64,000 bases of DNA from Schmidtea polychroa (lineage: Eukaryota). Numbering within the stretch: position 1 is the stretch's first letter; each line of letters opens with the position of its first letter. The stretch spans positions 32,738,001-32,802,000 of the forward strand of contig CM097885.1 in assembly GCA_044892525.1 (NCBI GenBank). The letters run 5' to 3'. The translations under genes and the position numbers were made by a program. Positions 1-11,630 of the stretch are shown one piece after another. The notes beneath the pieces were generated by a model. The model saw only the letters and a list, made by a program, of their open reading frames with translations, was not told where the DNA came from and did no database searches.

Positions 1-2037
1 AAAGCCTTTAAATGAAATAGGCACAATAAACTAGCCAAAATAAGAAATCTATCAAATTGTTTTCATTATGAGATGTTAAATATGGAGAAGGATTCTCATC
101 TTATCACATAAATACTTCTGAATAATTTCAATTGAACCAAAAACTGCATTCAGTGAAGGCAAAATAAAAATCTTTACACATTTTCCAAAACCAAACTTGA
201 AGACAAAAGTAAATCGATTTATTTAAAACATCAGTTAGTCATCATAAGGTAACAAGGCTAAGCAACATAATCACAACATTCACAGAAGTTTAACCAAATA
301 TAAAACTGTGTAGGACTCAAAATTCAAAACAAAAATAAAATTACATAATGTCGAAACTAATCAATGTAACGATTTTGGATAATAGAAATTCAACTATGAC
401 TCTAATGGTAAGCCGTTAATAAACTATTATTATAACTTAGATTTACCCAGAGTCAAACCGTTCCAATAACTGTAGCAGTAGTCATTTTCACAACAGCCAT
501 CATTTTCATAATTGTATGTCATATTCTAATAAGAAAAAGACGAAACGTAGTTTTAGTAGATAAAACAGTAAGTATATTATTAAAAATTTTAAATTACTTT
601 TTTTTACTGTCGATTGATTTGTAGAAGTAAGCAAAATAATAGTTTGATTTTACAAAATTCCATTTATAAACTCATTTTCTTTATAACTTTTCATAATATA
701 TGTTTTCTTATCGAATTATTAGTTAACTTTAATTTTCAATATGACTTACACATTTATTTGAATCATAAATTATCAAGTATGATTAATACATTTAAACAAC
801 ATGTACATAGTTATTACATCCTTATGTATTATGAATATAACTTTTTGTCAATAATCGTTTTGTCAAGAGTTTTGGAAAATTTTATTAAATACTTATTTGT
901 AATATGATTTAGTTATTTTCAAAATTGTCTTGTGTAATATTTATCCGACTGTATGAACGTTCTTTTTTTATCAAAATAAATAAATACAAAAGTATCGAAA
1001 CTAAATTTCAATTTAAAACGAATTGATTTGTATTAATATTTTATTAAAAAGAATAATATTAAAATCCAATATATTTTCTGTAAAAAGTAAAACATTTAAT
1101 AACATTCTAATGTATTAGGAGCTAGTTATCATTCACAGAACATCTATTTTCACTGAGCGACCCCCTCCTCCCCTGATGGGAAAAGCTTTTTTGTTTTAGT
1201 TATTTTTGGTACATGATATTATGTATCGGATTTTTGTGGTCTCAAATTCTTGAATAACACACATTTGCTTTAAACAAGCTTTTCATAGTTCAGCCAAGTC
1301 TAAGTGAACAACATTTTCCTCTTATATTCTTGGCATCGTTAACAATGGAAAGGATATTTATTTTAAAGTATCAATGTAAACTATTCAATTTTCCATGCTT
1401 TTCAATTCAATTTTTTGAAAAGTTTCTTAATTCACATATTATTTTAACAATATTTTTTCACGTCATCTGGAATATTCTGACTGCCAACAGTTCCGATGGG
1501 CATTTCGAAAATGTTTTTTAGAGTTGGATACATTTATTTCATTTTCTATTATATTACGTTAAACAAATGAACTTAGATAATGAAATAATAACTTAATATT
1601 TTACTTCTATTTTCGAATATAAAGTTTATCATAAATTATTCAAAGAAAAATTTTGCAGAGAAAAATAAATTAAAACTTTTGAAAAATGAATTTATATAAC
1701 GAAATATTGGAGGCAAGAAATTATTATAGAATTTAATTTTGTCATATATTTTCAATTATTTTTCAATTTCCTAAAATTTTACATATTTTAAATATCTTTT
1801 AATTTTTCTTCTATTTTTAAAGCAATTAATTTTATTTATTTATTCCAATTTTAATTAGGAACTTCAATTTAATTTACTTTAGAAAATCCACCCTATAAAA
1901 AAGAAATCAATTCATCCCAATACATATTCAAGAGTAATTAAACGGGAATTTGCATTTGGAAATTTTGAAAATTTTGAAATTAGAATTTATATATTTTTGT
2001 TGATTAATACCATATTCATATTTGCATTTGTTTGGCG

Positions 2038-2067
2038 AGGTAACCCATAGGGTTACCTGCTTCCTAG
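2038..2067 (+). mobile_element. Probable Helitron 3' terminus (hairpin + CTAG|T)
   Basis: Perfect 9-bp stem AGGTAACCC-ata-GGGTTACCT (2038-2058), then CTAG at 2064-2067 and T; 5' end not identified. Confidence 0.45.
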
Positions 2068-2793
2068 TTCAAACAAAAATGATTATATTGCTTTCAGATT
2101 CACATATACCAACATTCGAATATAATACGCGTATTATATTTGAGTGCGCTGAAAACTTGAATAAAATGCGCGCGTACTATAAGACTGTATTATTATTTAA
2201 CAATGTTTGTTACTTCAGTGTTGAGTTTATTTGTTTTATAAAGGGAAACGAGGCGACAAAAATCATTACTTTCCTGTGGACACTATTTAAAAGCTCCGTA
2301 ACTTTTAAAAAGTTTGTTTGTAAAATATTATTAATTGATTTTAAAAGGTTTATTTATTTTCAAAAATCAAAAGCACATCAGAAATATAAGTACAAAAATG
2401 TTACTACCGTATTTTACTTAAGTTCTCATCACAAAATATTATATATATATATAAATAAATAAATATATATATATATATATATAAAATATATATATATATA
2501 TATATAAATTATTTTAATTTTATAGATTATTATAAAATTAAAGCACTTATTTTCATTAAGGAAAAAGAAATACTAGAAGATCAATCTTCATCAGAAAACC
2601 AATCCAGAACATCTTAGAATTATATCAAAATTAATTAATTATATTTTCCGAAAAAAACAAATCTGTGTATCTCTTTTGATTTTTAAATCAGTTATCATAT
2701 TAATATAGAAATGATTTATGTAAATATAAATTTCTTATTTCAACTATTTTAGTTAATAAATATTTTTATGAAATCTGTTTTTATAAACTTTTG

Positions 2794-2940
<147 letters not shown>

Positions 2941-3625
2941 TTTAAATATTAAAAGTTCTCTCCAAGTAATTTGATGCTTATTTTAATTAGAAAATCATAA
3001 ATTGCTTTTAACATTAAAAATTGATATCAATTCAAATATGTCGAAATATTTCAAATATAATACTATAATAAATTATCGTTAATTAGTCAAATAGATTAGT
3101 TTGTTTAAAATATAAAAATTAAATTGTAATTAGTTATCGTGTATTTTTAGAAAATAAGTCATTAAACAATATAAATTTACAATTTAATCTAATAATATTT
3201 ATTAAATTGATATTGAATATATAAATTATGAATCAGTTTTTTCATCTCCACAACAATTACTAAAAACAAATTTTCTTTCGACATTAAAAAAATCGGTCCA
3301 TCCGTCAAAGAACTGACATATGTGAACACTTTTTAATATTTTCCCTTATTTAATCAAAAAGTATTCGAATATTTCAAAATTATAATAAGTTGCAAATAAA
3401 CATACGTATCCCCATATTTACAAGGTAGGTTGGTGCCTTAGAATTCTGTGTAAATCGGTACAAAGACATAGTGCATTTCTAGGGATTGGTTCCAACATTC
3501 TAATAAACTGGAAAACATGACATAGAAATCAATGGAAACTAAAACATTGAGTAAAGACAGCTTAAATGTAAAAAAACGCAAAATTTATAATAAATTAAAA
3601 AATGTATAATTCATTTTACAAAACA

Positions 3626-4071
3626 CTAGCTTACTCGTAATTTTTATTGAAACTTATTCACTTTAATATGGAAAATATTTCCAAGTGTCGTTTTAATTCT
3701 ATTTATTTATTCAAGTGTTTGTGGATATACGATATTGTTTGTTTTCCGTCAAGTACGTACACGAAAAAATCAGAAGGTTTTCCGATACATGAGCTAGCCA
3801 CATACAATTTTCACGTGAGAAGCACAAATTCTCAAAATATAGTTCACACATTTGCACCGATAGTCCTTGTAGTTTTTTGATGGTCATTGCAAAAGCGAGT
3901 CGTACCGAAAACTGTTAATGAATTGGAATGAGATCATTGGAATACAAAGTCAATATCTTTATATGTCGCCATAGAACTCATGATCTGAGAAATGCATTAA
4001 GTTCATCAGCCGGTGTTGAACGTGGTATAACTGGCAGAGTTTGTGGAAAATCACCAACCAATAAAATGAAA
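3626..4071 (-). mobile_element. Internally deleted Helitron remnant (PIF1-type helicase C-terminal part plus 3' CTAG)
   Basis: Minus strand reads LLVGDFPQTLPVIPRSTPADELNAFLRS*VLWRHIKILTL, then RLAFAMTIKKLQGLS and LYVASSCIGKPSDFFVY...NIVYPQTLE, matching Helitron helicase motifs (GDFRQTLPV, AFAMTINKSQG, LYVACSRV); CTAG|T at 3626-3629. Confidence 0.85.
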
Positions 4072-4159
4072 TTTATAGTCTTGATTTATAGTCTTCAAGC
4101 TCTCTTTTTAATAAATTCAATGGAAAAATGATCAGTGGTAAAATTGGAAAAAAAAGTTC

Positions 4160-4163
<4 letters not shown>

Positions 4164-4255
<92 letters not shown>
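4164..4255. repeat. (TA)n microsatellite, left flank of MITE
   Basis: Pure TA run; partner run at 5064-5105. Confidence 0.95.
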
Positions 4256-4258
<3 letters not shown>

Positions 4259-5059
4259 TGCTCGAAGTGAGGCAGGATAGCCGGGATATTATCCCGGCAT
4301 TGATTATGTGGGCGGAATTGCATCCCGGCACTTCATTTCATATAATCTATAGGTTTATCCCGGTACTTATTTCATTTTATAGGCACACAAATACTGCAAT
4401 TAAGGTCACACATAGTACATCCATATATGTATGTATATATATATTCTTGCAGACGAAAAGAACTGCCTATCGCGAATTGTCCGTGATGATCCCGTTAGCG
4501 AAACATCAATGTACTCTCTGCAAGTTATGAGGGTTTGTTAGTGTTATTCCCACTCTGTTGACGATATGTTCTCAACATGTTTGACAGCATTTAGTGCTAC
4601 CAGTTCTTTAATATATTTTACTGTAATTAAATGTTGAATAAAAGCACGTAGAAAGTTAAGTGAATTTGCAGTTTTTTTGAGGTAATGTGAGAAAATGGGC
4701 TATTACCAAAAGGACTATCAGAGTAAGACGTTGACGCTTTATATTTGAAACAAAATTTCCGATTATTTATCAGACAAATTTACACATGCAAAAAATCTCT
4801 GTCATTTTGCTTGGTTAAAAATGAGAATCCCGCAGGGATTTACCCACCCCCAAAATTGTTTGACACCCCCCCCCCCCACATTAAAACAGGTACACCCCCT
4901 GAAACTTATGATTAAATGGGTGGACACCCCTCCCCCCAAAATTGGTTGGACACCCCCCAAAGTTTTGCAACACCCCCAACTGAAAATTTCTGCATAAAAG
5001 CCTGGAATCCCGGGTGCCACAGCATGCCTATCCCGGCACATATTTTGTTCCACTTCGAG

Positions 5060-5063
<4 letters not shown>
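4256..5063. mobile_element. Non-autonomous TIR element (Tc1/mariner-type CAGTG end) inserted in (TA)n
   Basis: TIRs CAGTGCTCGAAGTG (4256) and CACTTCGAGCACT (5051-5063); TA arrays on both sides; repeated subterminal ATCCCGG motifs; no transposase ORF. Confidence 0.8.
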
Positions 5064-5107
<44 letters not shown>

Positions 5108-5402
5108 CTGAATTTTAATCATCAGAATAGTCAATATTCTGCCTTCTCTTTAGAAATGGAATAATTTCACTTTCCTTGTTTGAAATTGATATTTCTAAAT
5201 CATTTTTAGACTGTGCAGGAGCTCCTTGTGGTATTATTTGTAACAAAATCTGTTATTAACTGTTGAGTTCTATTTTTGGTCAAATCTTTATAGATTTCTT
5301 GAAATTTTACCAAATATTGATTGAATTCTTGTTGAAATTAAGTAACAGGTTATGATAATTCTCGAAAAATGTGTGTTTATATTCAAAATAATAAGTTTTA
5401 CT

Positions 5403-5804
5403 TAGTGCTTTTTTATGGAAAAAGGTGCCGGAACGTATCTGTACTATCCTTTATATGCAAAAAATGACGCTGAAATTTGCTAACAAATAAAATATATTGA
5501 TTATTTTACAATGTGAATTTACAACGCCGACGACAGGAAACGATTTTAATGATGTAGTATATTAATGGCGTATATTTACAGTAAGCGTGTTTTATATAAT
5601 AGTAATAACACATAGGAAGCACGGAGTTATGAAATACTCACTTTGGCGTACGACTACTACTTTCAATTTGATTGTAATTGACTATTTGAAATTTCAGAAA
5701 TAGAAATATGACAAAAAACCAAAATATGTCAATTTTTTAAAATCATTCAGCGAAAAAAGGTACCGGAACGCCGTTCCGGAGTGTTCCGTCAGAAAAAAGT
5801 ACTA
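5403..5804. mobile_element. hAT-type MITE
   Basis: TIRs TAGTGCTTTTTT / AAAAAAGTACTA; exact 8-bp direct repeat GTTTTACT at 5395-5402 and 5805-5812; subterminal AAAAAGGT(G/A)CCGGAACG at both ends. Confidence 0.85.
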
Positions 5805-6139
5805 GTTTTACTTAATACAAATCTACTGCAATTGTATCAATAAAATATCGATTAAATAATTTCAACAATGACCTGGAATATTTAATCCGGGAATTCGCTG
5901 TTTATGCATATTTGTACTTTTTAATATTTATCAGTATTGATATAAATGTTGCTAGAAGTGAAAAAGTATTAAATGCAACCAATTTATGAAACCAAATGTC
6001 CAAAAAATTAAAAAAAAATTATAGCTTTTGAAACCGCGTAAAAGCGAAAACTTGTAAAAAATTACTTTGTAAATAGGTTTACTATTGAACAATTGATAAA
6101 ATGTGATTAAATAAGTAAAAAAATTGACATAAAACGAAA

Positions 6140-6330
6140 TCAATGATTACTACCTTTGTCGGACAGATGCGATGATGAGGTTGATGGAATGGAAAAAACA
6201 ACTGGCACCTGATCATAATTTGAAACTGGTGCAATTGATGACGGAATATCGCAATATGTTAGCTTCGATCTATCCGTAATTTTCTTATATCTTGATATAT
6301 CGAACATAAAGAAGTAGGTAGAAGTGAGCC
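6140..6330 (-). pseudogene. Chapaev3/CMC-like transposase N-terminal fragment
   Basis: YFFMFDISRYKKITDRSKLTYCDIPSSIAPVSNYDQVPV resembles the CYFC...YPDLPSAxRPVPH...PVP segment of Chapaev3 transposases; truncated at the 6345 repeat array. Confidence 0.5.
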
Positions 6331-6344
6331 CACGGTGACTCATC

Positions 6345-6800
6345 GTTAAGGTCAACTTTAGGGCATAGAAAATTTTGAGGCCAATTTAAGGTCAAATTTT
6401 AAGGTCAATGCCACTTTCAGGACAATTTAAGGTCAATTTAAGCCATTTTAAGGTAAAATTCTGAGGTTAAAGTCGATTTTAGACCATTTTAAGGTCAAGT
6501 CTTGAAGTAAGAGTCGATTTTAGGCTATTTTAAGGTCAACATTTGAGGCCAAAGTCTAATTTTTCCAAATTTAAGGTCATAGAAAATTTTAAGGTCAACC
6601 CCCTACCCCCTACCCCTATTTTTAAGGTCAGAGAAAATTTTGAGGTCATAGAAAATTTTAAGGTCAACCCTCTACCCCTATTTTTAAGGTCACAGAAAAT
6701 TTTAAGGTCATGGGAAATTTTAAGGTCATAGAAAATTTTATGGTCATAGAAAATTTTAAGGTCAACCCCCTACCCCTAATTTTAAGGTCAAATTGAGGTC
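6345..6800. repeat. Imperfect tandem array of (T)TTAAGGTCA units; candidate terminal/subterminal array of the large element
   Basis: Many TTTAAGGTCA / AGAAAATTTTAAGGTCA units with CCCCTACCCC inserts; reverse complement recurs at 11055-11157. Confidence 0.9.
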
Positions 6801-7539
6801 AAAAATTAAAAATTTTAAAATTTTTCTAAGTCCATTTAACGAATTACTTTATAGAAAATTTTCAAAGTCAAAACACGTTTCAATACTACGTTTGCAAATG
6901 TCTGTTACACATGCATTTGCAAATGTCTTTGTTACTCATGCATTTGCATTGCATATGTCTTTGTATTACACACCTTAAGGATAGAAAAATATTTCTAAGC
7001 GAGATCTAAAGTGAATGTGTGTAAAGGGCAATAAATAAGGGTAAAATCAAAATTTTTTAAGAAAATACATGTAATTTGATTAAAATTTATGAAAACTATA
7101 TATATATATGTTTTATTTTGGGCAGATAATCTATGTGTGTCTGTATATGAAAACATTGATAAGGAGCAATAAATATCAAATCAAATCTCTTATGTTTTAC
7201 ATATAAATATATTAACCAATCAGAATCATAACCAGTATTAGTATAAATAAAACAGAATATTTAAAATTAATGTACAATGTCAAAATCAAATTTTGCAGAA
7301 AACATCTTAAAAGGTTTGGTTAATGAGAATATCGCACAAAGCCTCAGTTTCCTAGTTAAACAAACTGAGAAAATCATTGAGGGAAACCATGTCGACTACC
7401 AAACCATGCTTGATATAGAATGCCTGGAGACGAAGAAATTTTATTTCAATAGGATTTTCGACTGTCTATTCGACGACCAAATGAGTGGACCAGAATAATC
7501 ATAGGTTTTACCTATATGAAGATTATTATAGAAAAAAGT
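6740..7539. repeat. Left arm of ~0.8-kb inverted repeat (partner 10277-11157)
   Basis: Near-identical reverse complement; same peptides appear on opposite strands (MRSKIKNF..., CLETKKFYFNRIF...). Confidence 0.95.
7277..7539 (+). pseudogene. 5' part of Bcl-2-like gene A (frameshifted, truncated copy)
   Basis: Copy of exon 1 of 10018-10540; has CAA at codon 42 but a 1-bp deletion (ATGAGTGG vs ATGAAGTGG) before the BH1-like motif, and ends at the IR boundary. Confidence 0.75.
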
Positions 7540-7654
7540 AATTTCATTTTTTAAATTTAAACTACATAATTATTGTTTATATTGATAATTCAAATGAACT
7601 CCGTTTTAAAATAACTATATATATATATCTGAGTTTTATAATTATTTCATTAAA

Positions 7655-8119
7655 ATGCTTTCAAATATAAATTACAGAGCAAAAGCTGATGTATCAAAAA
7701 TGGTATTTCCAATGGAGAAACCACAATAACTTATCAATAGAAGTAAAAAATATCCCATAATATATTTCAAAACTGGTAAATGTAGAATTATGGGGTGTAA
7801 GGAAATAATCAAAGCTAGTGAATATAATGTTTATGATTTAGAAATACAATCGATGACCGTAACTTCCGATATGGGTTTTTCTTGTAATTTAAATGAATTG
7901 GCTAAATTAATACCATGTGTTTACGAACCAGAATTATTTCCAGCTTTGAGATATATAAAATATAACCCTATGTGTGTAAATATATTCGCTAGTGGTAAGA
8001 TAGTAATTCTTGGAATAAAAAATATTGATTACAAATGTATAGTTGATAATATCATATCTGAAATTAAATCAATAATTGAAGGAAAAGAATTTTTAGATTT
8101 TTTATTATCACTTAATTAA
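7655..8119 (+). pseudogene. Divergent intronless TATA-binding-protein-like gene with one in-frame TAA
   Basis: Frame from ATG 7655 gives both TBP pseudo-repeats (IIYFKTGKCRIMG and VNIFASGKIVILG) plus YEPELFPAL; TAA at codon 25 (7727-7729); listed ORF 7790-8119 is the downstream part. Confidence 0.85.
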
Positions 8120-8241
8120 TTATTTAAAAAATCATGTGATTGCAAATTCGATGCAACTGAAATGCATGATTCTGATTGGTCGAAATCTAATTAGCTGAAG
8201 ATGTTTTGGGTTTAGTTTTCATTTATTAATTATCATTTACC

Positions 8242-8659
8242 ATGTACAATAATCAAAGTTCAGCTATAGCTGCCATGAAAGAACATGAACATAATGGTAA
8301 ATTTAAATTTTTTAATATTAATTGTATTTATCATATTATTATTATTTACAGATGAATATCATGCAATAATACTGGAAAGATTGTATTTTTATTACCCGCA
8401 ATTGTATGATATTCTCAAAGATCGAGATGTTGCAATAATCCCAGATTTAGTTTACAATGAAACCAGAATCTGGATTTTCGATATTATCAATACATTTCTC
8501 TGGGATGTGAAGATTGGAAGAACAATGAAGGAAGTGGAAGCAGAATACCCTTGCATTTTGGGATGTAGCTGTTGCAATTTCAGCTACCAGAGATATGTCG
8601 AATGGTCTTTGGTAAAGACACTTCGTAATTATCATTTTTGTCAAACTTTATCCAAATAA
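8242..8659 (+). CDS. Small spliced gene, unknown Cys-containing protein (exons 8242-8296, 8352-8659)
   Basis: 55-nt GTAAAT...TTACAG phase-1 intron (8297-8351) joins MYNNQSSAIAAMKEHEHN in frame to DEYHAIILERLY...CILGCSCC. Confidence 0.65.
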
Positions 8660-8725
8660 ATTTGTATGTTTAACTATTTGTTGTTTTATTTTTTTTTAGT
8701 AAATAGTAATAGAAATATAAATAAG

Positions 8726-8795
<70 letters not shown>

Positions 8796-8972
8796 TTAGT
8801 TTGAAAGTAATAAAAGCAATAATAATAATATGACACATATAAGATATGACAATGCAACATCAATGCATTTTGAATGTAATTAAAACAAAGACATACTGCA
8901 ATTTGATTGGTTTATAAACAATAGTCATAGGTATAAAAACCCTGTACCATTACAATTCAATCATAATTCACG

Positions 8973-9395
8973 ATGACCAAGAAAATATCAAGCACTGAAA
9001 AACCAAAGGTTGTTGTTGCAGAACTTGTACAACCTGTTCAAATGTTCCACAACTACAAAATGTATTTTTTAAAAGAAGAAATCAATATGAAATTGGTGTC
9101 ACCGATCAAGCTAATTTCTATTCAATTTCAATTCTTATCCGGCACACTTTCAATGATAGATGTTAAATCTATTGATGAGGTTTTCAAACGGTTGGATGCG
9201 AATCTCTCATGTAATCAACATGCATGGTTCAACAACCGATATTCAAGATTTTATGATTCCTTTGATGAAATCAGCTTTAAAGAAAACGAAAATTGGTATA
9301 TAACAATAGCAATCCAGGGATATAAAGTTGATAATAATGATGTGTATTCTCCAATTTGGAAAATTATGTCTGCTAGACTTTCACAGCTATTTTAA
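8973..9395 (+). CDS. 140-aa hypothetical protein, possibly viral OB-fold ssDNA-binding protein
   Basis: Intact ORF with TATA-like TATAAAA upstream and AATAAA at the stop; C-terminal YITIAIQGYKV...YSPIWKIMSARL resembles the terminal beta strands of DUF2738/gp2.5-type SSBs (by eye). Confidence 0.55.
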   Translation: MTKKISSTEKPKVVVAELVQPVQMFHNYKMYFLKEEINMKLVSPIKLISIQFQFLSGTLSMIDVKSIDEVFKRLDANLSCNQHAWFNNRYSRFYDSFDEISFKENENWYITIAIQGYKVDNNDVYSPIWKIMSARLSQLF

Positions 9396-9553
9396 TAAAT
9401 ATTGCTATATTTATTGTTTTTAATAAATGTCTTTGGTCCTATTTGTTTTTCATTTACTTAACCAGGAAATTGCAATATCAATGCAAAATACATGCAAACT
9501 TTTAAAAAGACATTCTATAAACAAACTTACATTATAGTTTTAAAGTGTTAATA

Positions 9554-9975
9554 ATGACGTTAGAAAAAGGTTAATATGGTTAGTTAATGATTGAATTATT
9601 TATTGTTTAGAACATTTAATCAACTTTTTGTTGGCAAAATTAGCAGAAATATCTGTTGTAAAAATGGAGGATATATTATCTATTTCAAATGCATTAAATA
9701 TAGACTGGGTAGCCGAGAGTGAAGATTCAAGATTTGATGAAACTGATGAGGAAATAACAGAACAAATTAATGAAGGAAACACACAAGAAGATGACGAGGA
9801 AATCATTCAAGAAATTGATGAACCTATTGATGAACCTAAGGAGGAATTTACGGATTATATAAGTGAAAATATTAAGTATACCGAACCGCGTGTATATAAC
9901 GATTGTATAGATCATATCGTTGAAAATGTTATGAAATGCGGAGATGATGAATGTGAATGTGTTAATAAATTTTAG
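9554..9975 (+). CDS. Small spliced acidic (D/E-rich) protein (exons 9554-9569, 9611-9975)
   Basis: 41-nt GT...TTTAG phase-1 intron joins MTLEK in frame to EHLINFLLAKLAE; the listed ORF has only a TTG start. Confidence 0.6.
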
Positions 9976-10017
9976 TTTGAGTGTATATTCAAAGTATAAT
10001 ATTTATAAATAACAACA

Positions 10018-10540
10018 TTAACTTTTATTTAAATATTTAAACATTACATATAATACAACAACTCCCAAGGCTAATCGCATATAACTTTTGACTTTTGCGT
10101 TGGCTTGCTCTATTTCTTGTGCGTTCTGGGCAAGTTCGACTAGTGTGTGCCATCCACCATTGGCATCGATCCATGGCGAAAACTTGGATTTGACTATCTA
10201 CAAATTAATATTAATAATAATAATAATAATAATTTACTTCTTGAGACCACAGATAATAATGGTCAACATCGTATAGACTTTTTTCTATAATAATCTTCAT
10301 ATAGGTAAAACCTATGATTATTCTGGTCCACTTCATTTGGTCGTCGAATAGACAGTCGAAAATCCTATTGAAATAAAATTTCTTCGTCTCCAGGCATTCT
10401 ATAACAAGCATGGTTTAGTAGTCGACATGGTTTCCCTCAATGATTTTCTCAGTTTGTTTAACTAGGAAACTGAGGCTTTGTGCGATATTCTCATTAACCA
10501 AACCTTTTAAGATGTTTTCTGCAAAATTTGATTTTGACAT
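10018..10540 (-). pseudogene. Bcl-2-family gene A (exons 10540-10238, 10197-10018; 160 aa; one premature TAA)
   Basis: BH1-like LFDDQMKWTRIIIGFTY, BH2 SPWIDANGGWHTLV, tail anchor MRLALGVVVLYVMFKYL; 40-nt GTAAAT...TTGTAG phase-0 intron; TAA at 10415-10417 is CAA in the left-arm copy. Confidence 0.85.
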
Positions 10541-10703
10541 TGTACAATAATTTTAAATATTCTGTTTTATTTATACTAATACTGGTTATGATTCTGATTG
10601 GTTAATATATTTATATGTAAAACATAAGAGATTTGATTTGATATTTATTGCTCCTTATCAATGTTTTCATATACAGACACACATAGATTATCTGCCCAAA
10701 AAA

Positions 10704-10760
<57 letters not shown>

Positions 10761-11157
10761 TTCATAAATTTTAATCAAATTACATGTATTTTCTTAAAAA
10801 TTTTTGATTTTACCCTTATTTATTGCCCTTTACACACATTCACTTTAGATCTCGCTTAGAAATATTTTTCTATCCTTAAGGTGTGTAATACAAAGACATA
10901 TGCAATACAAATGCATGAGTAACAAAGACATTTGCAAATGCATGTTTAACAAAGACATTTGCAAACGTAGTATTGAAACGTGTTTTGACTTTGAAAATTT
11001 TCTATAAAGTAATTCGTTAAATGGACTTAGAAAAATTTTAAAATTTTTAATTTTTGACCTCAATTTGACCTAAAAATTAGGGATAGGGGGGTTGACCTTA
11101 AAATTTTCTATGACCTTAACATTAGGGGTAGGGGGGTTGACCTTAAAATTTTCTATG
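10277..11157. repeat. Right arm of inverted repeat (partner 6740-7539)
   Basis: Reverse complement of the left arm, ending in TGACCTTAAAA array units. Confidence 0.95.
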
Positions 11158-11630
11158 CTATTGTTTATCATCAATCAACACGATTTAGTCCCTTTATACA
11201 CAAGTTTTCTTTATAAAATCAACTCAATTTAATAATATAATTTCTGTTGTTACTTTGCTGTCAAAAATATTTATTTATTTATCAAACTGGATAATTAATT
11301 GTGTAGTTTTTCAAAATTCATTAATTTGTATTTTTACGATTTCTCCTTTTAGGGTCCCCGATCAATTGGAAATTATTTGATACATGTTTGTTTTATTATG
11401 TGCAATCGATTTTCATTTCCCCCAAATTATATATTTATTGTTTTAATCGCAATTCAATCAATTAATTATTAATTAATTTACACAAATCTTACAAGTGTAT
11501 AAAAGAGATATTAAGGAAATAAAATATAAAATACAAATATTTCATTCGAGTTAGAAATTTGCGGAATAATTATTAAATCATTAAATTTATTGTTTAAATT
11601 TCCATTTATTCTTCATTACCATAAGTTCAC

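Noticed and set aside
614..2462. ORFs 614-907, 1330-1521 and 2022-2462
   Set aside because: TTG starts, composition typical of random AT-rich frames, no motifs.
6310..6345. Canonical Polinton terminus with AG-repeat end and 6-bp TSD
   Set aside because: No clean terminal repeat and no matching right end or TSD found in the window.
6345..6800. CRISPR-like array
   Set aside because: Units are short and degenerate with no unique equal-length spacers; eukaryotic context and no cas genes.
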